Below the pieces are notes generated by a model. It made no database searches. It was not told where the DNA came from and saw nothing but the letters and a program-made list of their open reading frames with translations. The translations under genes and the position numbers were made by a program. This document shows, one piece after another, positions 28,657-37,760 of a DNA stretch of 64,000 bases (positions are counted from its first letter, which is position 1; the number at the start of each line of letters is the position of its first letter). Source of the DNA: Candidatus Babelota bacterium (GTDB taxonomy: Bacteria > Babelota > Babeliae > Babelales > CAIQNR01); contig CBFHTA010000003.1 in NCBI GenBank assembly GCA_965658655.1, forward strand, positions 52,969-116,968, in the 5' to 3' direction.

Positions 28657-29172
28657 TTATTGTTTTTTCTTTTCTTGTGTTGCATTAACACTATCTCCCC
28701 AAACTAACCATAAGATACCTGTATATACTTTTGAGCAACAATTTCTTGCACCGCCATGATTCGCTCTAGAAGGAAGTTTTCCACCATCTTTAGCAACTAT
28801 TTTTTTCGAAGATAGAAGATCATAATCCCTTTCTCTGCGCACAAGAGACTGATCTCGTGAAAATAGCTTAGGAGATCCATCTCCCGTAGCAAGTTTATGT
28901 TTAGTGTCTCCTGCTTCTGATCCTACAACCCTCTTTTTGTCGTTATATGCTCTCACAGCATTTTGAATTGTGATTGCAGCTTTAATCTGAAGATCTTTTT
29001 TTTCTGCTTCTACTTCTCTTAGCTCTTCATTTAATACCGCTACGTTTTCTTCATCTTTTTCTTGAAAACACTCAGAAGGACCAATACCGCCTGAATTTAT
29101 TGATTCACTATTAGATGCATGCATCTGTACAACAGACAGTAACAACACAATACTTAATGCTTTTTTCTTCAT
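28657..29172 (-). CDS. Secreted hypothetical protein with IQ-like motif
   Basis: MKKK-hydrophobic-MHA signal peptide; KAAITIQNAVRAYNDKKR. Confidence 0.7.
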   Translation of the reverse strand: MKKKALSIVLLLSVVQMHASNSESINSGGIGPSECFQEKDEENVAVLNEELREVEAEKKDLQIKAAITIQNAVRAYNDKKRVVGSEAGDTKHKLATGDGSPKLFSRDQSLVRRERDYDLLSSKKIVAKDGGKLPSRANHGGARNCCSKVYTGILWLVWGDSVNATQEKKKQ

Positions 29173-29362
29173 AATCATACCCTTTCTTACTTACTCATTT
29201 TTTCTTTTTCAAATCAACATAGCCCACAAGATAAACAAAAAACATCGTTGATTCTTATTTTTTGATCCACCAATGCTTTCTTTGTTAATCAGAATCTCTC
29301 ACCCAAAATTGTATAGTAAAAAAATAAGAATCACAGTTATTATTTTTTAGTCACCACTAGCA

Positions 29363-30310
29363 CTAAAATTGCTTTGAAAAAAAATTATTGAAAAATACTT
29401 CTAAAAACAAATCCGAAGATCCATTTTTGCTATTAAAGTCTGCAGTATACATAAAGCTATGGGCTTTTTGTAGCTCTGACTCAGAAACATTCTTCCAGTC
29501 CCGTTGCAAAAAAGAAAATGGTAATCGATAAGCCATCTGTTTTGCTTCAGCTAATTTATTCTGTTTACGTAATACTAATGCATAATGAGCACGCCACAAC
29601 TGCTCAGACCAAAATGTAGTCCAAAAGACAGGAACATAGTTATCTTTAATACTATGCCAAGTTCTGAAAAAGTGCTGAGGCTTGCGAGCAAAGAACCATT
29701 GAGTAAGAGTAAATAAAGATTCATCTGGAGCTAATAATTTTTCAAACCACTGTTGCATAAACAACTGAGTATTCTTCCCTAAAACCAATCTATATTGTGC
29801 CAAGAGAACCAATGTATCCAGAGACATAGTTTTATAACTCTCTTTCGTCAGTTCATGCACTTGCTTCCATTGCAAGCGATCAAACAACAACGTAACTAAC
29901 TGTTCACGCTCAGCGGGAGAAAGAGGATCATCTAAATTTACTATACATTGTTTATCTACGCTGGCAGGAAGATCTTTAGAAGTCATAAATGCTAGTAATG
30001 CATGAGGGCCCTGATACGCTGATGTAAAAGGAATCATTTTTTTTCTGGTAGAAAGATCTAACCCAGAAAGATTCCCACACCATAGAATATCTTGTTGTCC
30101 CAAAAAAGTGGTGCTCAACTGCGCTTGTAATGCAGTAAAATCTGCCTCTAAAAATGAAAGGGTTTTAGGAGCCGGAGTAATAATTTTTCGTAATCGATCT
30201 AAAAGTGTAGCAAAAAAAAGAACCGGGTACTCTTTTGCGGTAAAAAGAATAAGCGGTTTTTTATGAAATTCAGTACTTTTGCAAATCTGCAAGAACGTGC
30301 GCATCTTCAT
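29363..30310 (-). CDS. holA: Probable DNA polymerase III delta subunit (divergent)
   Basis: Size and layout fit: LSTTFLG (cf. sLFG), SLFTL, FWSEQLWRA, and C-terminal ADFNSKNG (cf. D...K.G). Confidence 0.65.
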   Translation of the reverse strand: MKMRTFLQICKSTEFHKKPLILFTAKEYPVLFFATLLDRLRKIITPAPKTLSFLEADFTALQAQLSTTFLGQQDILWCGNLSGLDLSTRKKMIPFTSAYQGPHALLAFMTSKDLPASVDKQCIVNLDDPLSPAEREQLVTLLFDRLQWKQVHELTKESYKTMSLDTLVLLAQYRLVLGKNTQLFMQQWFEKLLAPDESLFTLTQWFFARKPQHFFRTWHSIKDNYVPVFWTTFWSEQLWRAHYALVLRKQNKLAEAKQMAYRLPFSFLQRDWKNVSESELQKAHSFMYTADFNSKNGSSDLFLEVFFNNFFSKQF

Positions 30311-30322
30311 AGTTACAACTCA

Positions 30323-31099
30323 TTATTGTTGTTTTTGTAAATCACCTACTGTAACAGATAAATGACTGGAAGCAGGATCGCACGATAATTCAACTTCGTC
30401 AACACGAGAAAGAACGTTACGAATACCTTTCTGTGCAAATGCACGCATAGTTTCAATCAACTGCCATTCAAGCGGAGCACTTTCTGTTGCACCTTGCATT
30501 TCAATTACTTTTCCTGTTCCGGTCATAACAAAGTTAAAATCTGCATCAGTAGTACTGTCTTCTTGGTAATTAATATCAAGAAGCGCCTGACCATTTGAAA
30601 CACCAACAGAAATTGCACCTACTGTATCAAGCAGAAGTCCGGAACGTAATTTTCCATCAAAAGTCCATTTATCAATAGCTTGACGCAGTGCACAGTAAGC
30701 ACCAGTGATAGCAGCAGTTCTAGTCCCACCATCAGCTTGCACCACATCGCAATCAATATAAATAGTACGCTCACCCAACACTTTTAAATCAACAACAGAT
30801 CGTAAAGAACGACCAATAAGACGAGAAATCTCTATAGACCTACCATTGCGACGCATAGTAGAAGCTTCGCGCTGTGTACGTGTTTGTGTAGCTGCTGGAA
30901 GCATAGTGTATTCTGCAGTTAACCAACCAGAACCTTTGCCCCGTAAAAACGAAGGAACACCATCTTGCATCATGACTGTACACAATACTTTGGTGTTTCC
31001 TAAAGCGAATAAAACTGAACCATGAGCGTTACCACAGATACCGTAGGTAACAGAAGTTGGGCGCACCTGATCAGGTAAACGCCCATCAATTCTTTTCAC
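30323..31099 (-). CDS. rph: Ribonuclease PH
   Basis: RIDGR, GWLTAEYTMLP, EISRLIGRSLR, DCDVVQADGGTRTA. Confidence 0.96.
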   Translation of the reverse strand: MKRIDGRLPDQVRPTSVTYGICGNAHGSVLFALGNTKVLCTVMMQDGVPSFLRGKGSGWLTAEYTMLPAATQTRTQREASTMRRNGRSIEISRLIGRSLRSVVDLKVLGERTIYIDCDVVQADGGTRTAAITGAYCALRQAIDKWTFDGKLRSGLLLDTVGAISVGVSNGQALLDINYQEDSTTDADFNFVMTGTGKVIEMQGATESAPLEWQLIETMRAFAQKGIRNVLSRVDEVELSCDPASSHLSVTVGDLQKQQ

Positions 31100-31104
31100 G
31101 CTTA

Positions 31105-33189
31105 TTACGCCTTAACAAAGCGTAGACGAACACGATCCAGTTCTTTATCGTACTCTACAACTTCAACTTTGATTGAAGAGTTCACAGGATAATGTTCATC
31201 AAGGGAACGTTGCTGCTCTCTAGGAATTGCAGAAACGTGTACCAAGCCATCTTTGCCTGGGACCAGTTCTACGAAAATTCCAAAGTCAGCGATACGTCTA
31301 ACAACACCTTCGAAGACCATGCCTTTTTCAATTTGACCAGCAAGAGTCTTAACCCATAGAACAGCGCGTTCCATGCCTTGGCCTGGCTGACCAAAGATTT
31401 TGACCATTCCGTCATCTTCGATATCAATAGAAGTAGCTGTTTTATCGATAATTTCTCGAATAACTTTACCACCACTACCAATAACAGCGCCAATTTTGTC
31501 TGAATCAATTTTAAATGAAGCAACTTGTGGAACGAGATCAGACATTTTTTCGCTTGGCTTAGACATCACTTTTTTCATTTCGCCAAGAATATGCAAACGT
31601 GCATCTTTTGCTTGCGCTAATGATTTTTCAAATACATCGCGAGGTAAACCTTTTTTGTATTTGATGTCCATTTGAATCGCGGTAATACCTTCTTCAGTAC
31701 CCGCAACTTTAAAGTCCATCAAACCAAATGCATCTTCGAAACCAGTGATATCTGTTAGTACAGTAAAGTCACTCTTGTCGCTCTTTAAGAGCCCCATAGC
31801 AACACCACCAACCATATCTTTAATTGGAACACCACCGTTTAAGAAAGCCATAGTAGAACTACATACTGTAGCCATAGAACTTGACCCATCAGACTCTAAA
31901 ATGTCTGATACTACACGAATAGTGTATGGGAATGCTTCTTTATCTGGCAGAATATAACGGAATGCAGAAGCTGCTAAATGACCATGACCAACTTCACGTC
32001 GGGAAGGCGGCCTTAGAGGTCTAACTTCCCCTACTGAATATGGAGGAAAATTATAGTGCAACATGAATGAACCGTCCACTTCCCCACCCATAATATCTTC
32101 TATTCTTTGTTCGTCTTGCCCACTACCAAGAGTCAACGTCGCTAGACTTTGTGTGCCACCACGAGTAAACACAGCAGAACCGTGTGTAAATGGCAACAGA
32201 CCAACTTGTGTTTCAATAGAACGAACTTGATCAAAAGAACGATTATCAACACGTTTTCCTTGCTCACAGATAACTGCAGTCAAACGTTCTTTAAGTTGTG
32301 AATCAAAAATATAGTCAACAATAGATTTTGAATCTTCTATTCCAACAATTTCTTCTTCAAACTGAGTGTCGAAATCTTCTTTAAGTTTTTTAATCGCCTC
32401 TTTACGTTCTACTTTTGAAGTACCAAAAATAGGCTGCAAACGTTCATTAGTTAAGAAATCAACAGAACGCTTTTCCCATCCATTCCAGTCAATATCAAAG
32501 CTTGAGCCTTCTTTTTCTGGACTGTAGGTTTTAATGATTTCTTCTTGCCATTCAACCTGTTCTTTAATTGCATCATGCGCCAAGAAGAGTGCTTCAATTA
32601 ATTCTGCTTCTGAAATCTCGTTAGTAGCACCTTCTACCATGCAGATACCATCTTTTGTACCTACTACAACGATTTTAACATCAGACTCAGTGCTTTGTTC
32701 ATAATTAGGATTAACAACCCACTTGCCATCTAAGCGACCAATTTCTGCAATACCAATAGGACCCATAAATGGAATCTTGGAAACACTCAACGCAACAGAA
32801 GCTGCAAGTGCTGCCAACATGTGCGGTGCGTGTTTTTTATCAACAGAATAAACAGTAACGTTGATTTGAACTTGATTAAAATAATCTTTAGGAAAAAGAG
32901 GACGGATTGCACGATCAATAATACGTGATGTCAAAACTTCTTTATCCGATGATTTCCCTTCTCTTTTGAAAAATCCACCAGGAATTTTTCCTGCAGACGC
33001 AAATGGTTCTCTGTAATCAACCATCAAAGGGAAGAACCCCATAAAGTCTTTAGCAGGAGCCGATACAGCTGTTGCTAAAAGAACTGTACCTTCATGTTGA
33101 AGCCATGCAGACCCATCGGTTTGACGAGCAAACTCGTTCACCTTAAGCGTTACATTTCGTTTTGGCATCGTAAACGTATTTTTAGACAT
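31105..33189 (-). CDS. pnp: Polyribonucleotide nucleotidyltransferase
   Basis: IPGGFFKREG, HYNFPPYSVGE, RREVGHG, EDAFGLMDFKVAG; KH and S1 domains. Confidence 0.97.
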   Translation of the reverse strand: MSKNTFTMPKRNVTLKVNEFARQTDGSAWLQHEGTVLLATAVSAPAKDFMGFFPLMVDYREPFASAGKIPGGFFKREGKSSDKEVLTSRIIDRAIRPLFPKDYFNQVQINVTVYSVDKKHAPHMLAALAASVALSVSKIPFMGPIGIAEIGRLDGKWVVNPNYEQSTESDVKIVVVGTKDGICMVEGATNEISEAELIEALFLAHDAIKEQVEWQEEIIKTYSPEKEGSSFDIDWNGWEKRSVDFLTNERLQPIFGTSKVERKEAIKKLKEDFDTQFEEEIVGIEDSKSIVDYIFDSQLKERLTAVICEQGKRVDNRSFDQVRSIETQVGLLPFTHGSAVFTRGGTQSLATLTLGSGQDEQRIEDIMGGEVDGSFMLHYNFPPYSVGEVRPLRPPSRREVGHGHLAASAFRYILPDKEAFPYTIRVVSDILESDGSSSMATVCSSTMAFLNGGVPIKDMVGGVAMGLLKSDKSDFTVLTDITGFEDAFGLMDFKVAGTEEGITAIQMDIKYKKGLPRDVFEKSLAQAKDARLHILGEMKKVMSKPSEKMSDLVPQVASFKIDSDKIGAVIGSGGKVIREIIDKTATSIDIEDDGMVKIFGQPGQGMERAVLWVKTLAGQIEKGMVFEGVVRRIADFGIFVELVPGKDGLVHVSAIPREQQRSLDEHYPVNSSIKVEVVEYDKELDRVRLRFVKA

Positions 33190-33227
33190 ACACGTCTCTC
33201 TATAAGTATAAATTTAAAACATCCCTG

Positions 33228-33464
33228 CTATTTCTTGAGCCCAACTGCTGCAAGAACTTTTTTGTATGTAGCAACACTGGTACGTTTTAAGTATTTTAAA
33301 AACTTTTTACGAGTTGCTACTTTTTTCAAAATACTACGACTTGAACTGTAATCTTTTTTGTTCTTCGCAGTGTGCTCTGACAAACGAGCAATTTCTTTAG
33401 TCAAATTGACAATCTGTACCTCTGAAGAACCGGTATCTTTGTCATGTTTTTTAATATCGTTCAT
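33228..33464 (-). CDS. rpsO: 30S ribosomal protein S15 (short, 78 aa)
   Basis: DTGSSEVQI, KKDYSS, RKKFLKYL; immediately upstream of pnp. Confidence 0.93.
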   Translation of the reverse strand: MNDIKKHDKDTGSSEVQIVNLTKEIARLSEHTAKNKKDYSSSRSILKKVATRKKFLKYLKRTSVATYKKVLAAVGLKK

Positions 33465-33523
33465 AATAACTCTTATGATTTATTCAACTATTATTTATTC
33501 TCTAAATTAACTTTGGCGAAGTA

Positions 33524-33598
33524 TGGTAGGCACGAGCGGGATCGAACCGCTGGCCCCTGCTACGTCAAAGCAGTGCTCTACCACTGAGCTACGCGCCT
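33524..33598 (-). tRNA. tRNA-Val(GAC)
   Basis: Reverse complement folds as a cloverleaf: ctgct-ttGACgt-agcag anticodon arm, GTTCGA T-loop, encoded CCA. Confidence 0.95.
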
Positions 33599-33626
33599 AA
33601 TACTACTTACAACACCAACCAGTGTA

Positions 33627-36600
33627 TCACGCTTTTACGCCTTTGGCACGCATTTCATCTTGTCGAACCTTTTGTTCTTCAAGCTGAGCTTGACGTTCAA
33701 GTTTCGACAAATTATCTCCCAAGTATTTCTTCCTGTAAGATGGAATACCTGTTCCCGCAGGAATAAGCTTACCAATTACCAGGTTTTCTTTAAGACCATA
33801 GAGATAGTCCGTTTTACCTGAAATCGAAGCTTCGGTTAAAATTCGTGTAGTTTCCTGGAAGGCTGCAGCAGAAATTAAACTCTCTGTGCTTGTAGAAGCA
33901 ATGGTAATACCCATCAATGTAGGAACCGCCTTAGCAACCTTTTTACCCTCTTGTTTGAGCATTTCATTAATCGTTTTGAAGTGAATACGATCAACTTTAT
34001 CCCCAACTAAGAAGTCAGAATCACCAGCATCAGTTACCTGTACTTTACGCATCATTTGCTTAACAATAACCTCAATATGAGAATCGTTAATATCAATGCC
34101 CTGCAAACGATAAATTTCTTGAATATGATCAACAATATAACGTTGTACCACATCTGGTCCAAGAATACGTAAAATGTCATGAAGCACCGGCTCACCAGCA
34201 GTCAAATGATCACCAGCTTTAACCTGTTCACCTTCTTGAACATTGATTTGTTTACCGCGAGGCACTAAGTAATCATAACTTGTTGCACCGTCAGAAACTG
34301 CGAGCTTACGCATACCACGGTATAATCCACCAAACGTAACTGTACCATCAATGTCAGAAAGAATTGCAGCTTCTTTAGGAGTACGTGCTTCGAATAATTC
34401 TGCAATACGAGGTAAACCACCAACGGTAATATCTTTTGTTTTTGATACTTCCTGTGGAAGTTTCGCAAGGATATCACCAGGCTTAATTTCTTGACCAGGT
34501 GTTACAGAAAGATACGCTCCAGATGGAAGATAGTAATGTGCCACTTCTTCACCAGCAGTATTTAAAACTGCAATGGCTGGTTGATACTTTTCACTCTTAT
34601 GCTCAAGAACTTGAAGTTCTGTACCTTGACGTGTTCCAAATTCTTCTTGAATGGTAACGTTTCTAATAAGGTCAACAAACTCAACCTTACCACCTTTTTC
34701 GGTAACAATAACATCAGCGTTAACATCCCACTCTACAAGCATATCGCCAACTTTTACTTTTTGTCCGTTAGCAACATGTAAAGTAGAACCATAATCTATA
34801 ATATGATGTTGAAGCTCACGACCATCTTCAGAACGTAAAGAAATTTCACCTTTACGACTTAATACAATCTGATTCCCATCACGGTTTGTTACAGTGGTAA
34901 TACCACGTAATTCAATAACGGCATCATGCTTTGCTTTCCAATAAGGTTGCGACGCAGAACCACTCGCTGTACCCCCAATGTGGAACGTTCTCATAGTAAG
35001 CTGCGTACCCGGTTCACCAATCGATTGTGCTGCCACAATACCAACGGTTGAACCAATATCAACAAGCTGACTTCTTGAAAGATCAAAACCATAACATTGC
35101 GCACATACACCACGTTTGGCTTGACAGGTTAATACAGAACGTACGATTACTTCAGAGACAGCTGATTTACCAATTTTTTGAGACATTGTACGGTCAACAA
35201 TTTGCCCTTGTTTACCGATGATTTCTCCAGTCACCATATCTTTAAGATCTGCAGCTAAAGTACGACCATACACGCGCTCATTCAACGCATAAATAGTATC
35301 CCCAGACTCTTTAAGATCTAAAATAGTACGATATCCAAGAGTGCCACACTCATTGATACTTATCACTACATCTTGAGAAACATCTACAAGACGACGCGTT
35401 AAGTAACCAGAGTTTGCTGTTTTCAATGCAGTATCAGCCTGACCTTTACGCGCACCATGAGTGGAAATAAAGTATTCAAACACACTCAAACCATCTCTAA
35501 AGTTGGTTCGAACTGGAGTTTCAATAATTTCACCTGACGGTTTAGACATCAAACCACGCATACCAACAAGCTGCTTAATCTGTGCTCGAGAACCTTTCGC
35601 TCCCGATGCTAAAATCATGTAAATAGAGTTAAATGGCACATTCTTACCATCTTCATTTTTATACGCAATTTCATTCTGCTCTTCAAAACTATCCATCATC
35701 TGATTAGTAATGCTTGAATCAGCACGGAACCATGTGCTCACCACTTTGTTTTTGCGCTCACCATTAGTAATAACACCTTCTTGATAAAGCTTTTCAACTT
35801 TATCAATCTCTTTATCACCATCTTTAAGTATTTGCTTCATATCTTCTGAAACCAAGAGTTCTTCAATACCAAAAGATGCACCACTCATAGTAGAGTGATA
35901 GAAACCATATTTCTTGATGTTATCCAAGAACTCAATAGATTCTTTACGTGAGAAAGTTGCATATACTACTTGAATAAGTTTTTTCAAATCATTTTTACGC
36001 AGTACTTTGTTGATGAGGTCAAAGCTAGCACCCTTTGGTAAAATATCAAAGAGCAACACACGACCAACCGTTGTATCTACAACAGAATCATCATCAAGAC
36101 GTACTTTAATACGCGCATGCAAGCTTACTTGTTCACATTGGAACGCAGTAATTACTTCTGCAACACTAGAGAAGACAACACCCTCACCTTTTACGTTACA
36201 ACGAACTTTAGACATGTAATGCAGCCCAAGAATCATATCTTGAGAAGGAACCATTACAGGCTGCCCGTTAGAAGGAGAAAGAATGTTTTTAGAAGACATA
36301 ACAAGTTCTTCAGATTCTTTAACAGCTTTATCACTCAATGGAAGATGAACAGACATAGTATCACCATCAAAATCCGCGTTAAATGCAGAACATACAAGTG
36401 GGTGAATCTTAATCGCTTTACCATCTACCAAGAGCGGTCTAAATGCTTGAATACCTAAACGATGCAATGTTGGAGCACGGTTTAGAAGAACTGGACGCGT
36501 TTTTACCACGTCTTCAAGAACGTCCCATACTTCTGGAACACTATCTTCTACCATCTTTTTTGCTACACGAAGGTTAGGAGCCATTTCTCGCTCCAACAAC

Positions 36601-37760
36601 CCTGCATAAACATATGACTTAAAGATTTCGAGCGCCATTTTCTTAGGCAACCCACATTGATCAATTTTAAGTTCTGGGTCAACAACAATTACTGAACGAC
36701 CAGAGTAGTCAACACGTTTACCCAATAAATTTTGACGGAAACGACCTTGTTTACCACGAAGCATTTCACTTAAAGACTTTAATGGACGCTTGTTTGAACC
36801 ACGAACAGGCTGACCACGACGACCGTTATCGATCAACGCATCAACAGATTCTTGTAACATACGCTTTTCGTTTTTGATAATAACGCTAGGCGCTTCAATC
36901 TCTAGTAAACGACGAAGACGAATATTACGGTTCAATACACGACGATACAATTCGTTTAAATCAGAACTTGCAAAACGTCCACCCTCTAAAGGAACCAACG
37001 GACGAAGATCCGGCGGCAATACCGGGAGAATGTCCATTACAACCCATTCAGGACGCAAGTTTGATTGCAACATACTTGTAAAAATACGTTGTCGACGAAT
37101 AATCTTATGACGTGTTGCTACAGAATTTGTCTTTTTATAGGCATCTTTTAAAAGCGTAATTTCTTCTTGAAGATTAATAGTAGAAAGCAAATCCTTAAGA
37201 GCTTCTGCACCATTTTCAGCTTTAAACATAAGATCTTCTGGATGAGCATCTATGTACTGTTCAGCTTCAGAAACAGAAAGTAATGTTTTACGAGGATACG
37301 GTGAACTTCCTTGGTTCAAAACTACAACGCTATCAAAATAGATAATACGTTCTAGTTCTTTAACCGGCATGTCCAAAATAAGACCCAAGTAACTTGGAAT
37401 CCCTTTAAGGTACCAAATATGGCAAACTGGAGCCACCAATTCAATGTGCCCCATACGTTCACGACGCACACGAGATTGAATTACTTCAACGCCACATTTT
37501 TCACAGGTAACACCACGATGCTTCATACGTTTGTACTTACCGCAGTTACATTCCCAATCTTTTACCGGACCAAAAATACGAGCACAAAACAAACCATCTT
37601 TTTCTGGTTTAAGTGTTCGATAGTTAATAGTTTCTATCTTTTTCACTTCACCATAAGAAAGCGATTTTATTTTTTCAGAAGAAGCCAATCCAATACGAAA
37701 CGCATTAAACTGAGTAACGTTTATATACTCCTTAAAACGTTCGAGCATTTGACTATTCAT
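33627..37760 (-). CDS. rpoC: RNA polymerase beta' subunit
   Basis: ETINYRT, zinc ribbon, RFRQNLLGKRVD, NADFDGD, GEPGTQLTMRTFH. Confidence 0.99.
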   Translation of the reverse strand: MNSQMLERFKEYINVTQFNAFRIGLASSEKIKSLSYGEVKKIETINYRTLKPEKDGLFCARIFGPVKDWECNCGKYKRMKHRGVTCEKCGVEVIQSRVRRERMGHIELVAPVCHIWYLKGIPSYLGLILDMPVKELERIIYFDSVVVLNQGSSPYPRKTLLSVSEAEQYIDAHPEDLMFKAENGAEALKDLLSTINLQEEITLLKDAYKKTNSVATRHKIIRRQRIFTSMLQSNLRPEWVVMDILPVLPPDLRPLVPLEGGRFASSDLNELYRRVLNRNIRLRRLLEIEAPSVIIKNEKRMLQESVDALIDNGRRGQPVRGSNKRPLKSLSEMLRGKQGRFRQNLLGKRVDYSGRSVIVVDPELKIDQCGLPKKMALEIFKSYVYAGLLEREMAPNLRVAKKMVEDSVPEVWDVLEDVVKTRPVLLNRAPTLHRLGIQAFRPLLVDGKAIKIHPLVCSAFNADFDGDTMSVHLPLSDKAVKESEELVMSSKNILSPSNGQPVMVPSQDMILGLHYMSKVRCNVKGEGVVFSSVAEVITAFQCEQVSLHARIKVRLDDDSVVDTTVGRVLLFDILPKGASFDLINKVLRKNDLKKLIQVVYATFSRKESIEFLDNIKKYGFYHSTMSGASFGIEELLVSEDMKQILKDGDKEIDKVEKLYQEGVITNGERKNKVVSTWFRADSSITNQMMDSFEEQNEIAYKNEDGKNVPFNSIYMILASGAKGSRAQIKQLVGMRGLMSKPSGEIIETPVRTNFRDGLSVFEYFISTHGARKGQADTALKTANSGYLTRRLVDVSQDVVISINECGTLGYRTILDLKESGDTIYALNERVYGRTLAADLKDMVTGEIIGKQGQIVDRTMSQKIGKSAVSEVIVRSVLTCQAKRGVCAQCYGFDLSRSQLVDIGSTVGIVAAQSIGEPGTQLTMRTFHIGGTASGSASQPYWKAKHDAVIELRGITTVTNRDGNQIVLSRKGEISLRSEDGRELQHHIIDYGSTLHVANGQKVKVGDMLVEWDVNADVIVTEKGGKVEFVDLIRNVTIQEEFGTRQGTELQVLEHKSEKYQPAIAVLNTAGEEVAHYYLPSGAYLSVTPGQEIKPGDILAKLPQEVSKTKDITVGGLPRIAELFEARTPKEAAILSDIDGTVTFGGLYRGMRKLAVSDGATSYDYLVPRGKQINVQEGEQVKAGDHLTAGEPVLHDILRILGPDVVQRYIVDHIQEIYRLQGIDINDSHIEVIVKQMMRKVQVTDAGDSDFLVGDKVDRIHFKTINEMLKQEGKKVAKAVPTLMGITIASTSTESLISAAAFQETTRILTEASISGKTDYLYGLKENLVIGKLIPAGTGIPSYRKKYLGDNLSKLERQAQLEEQKVRQDEMRAKGVKA

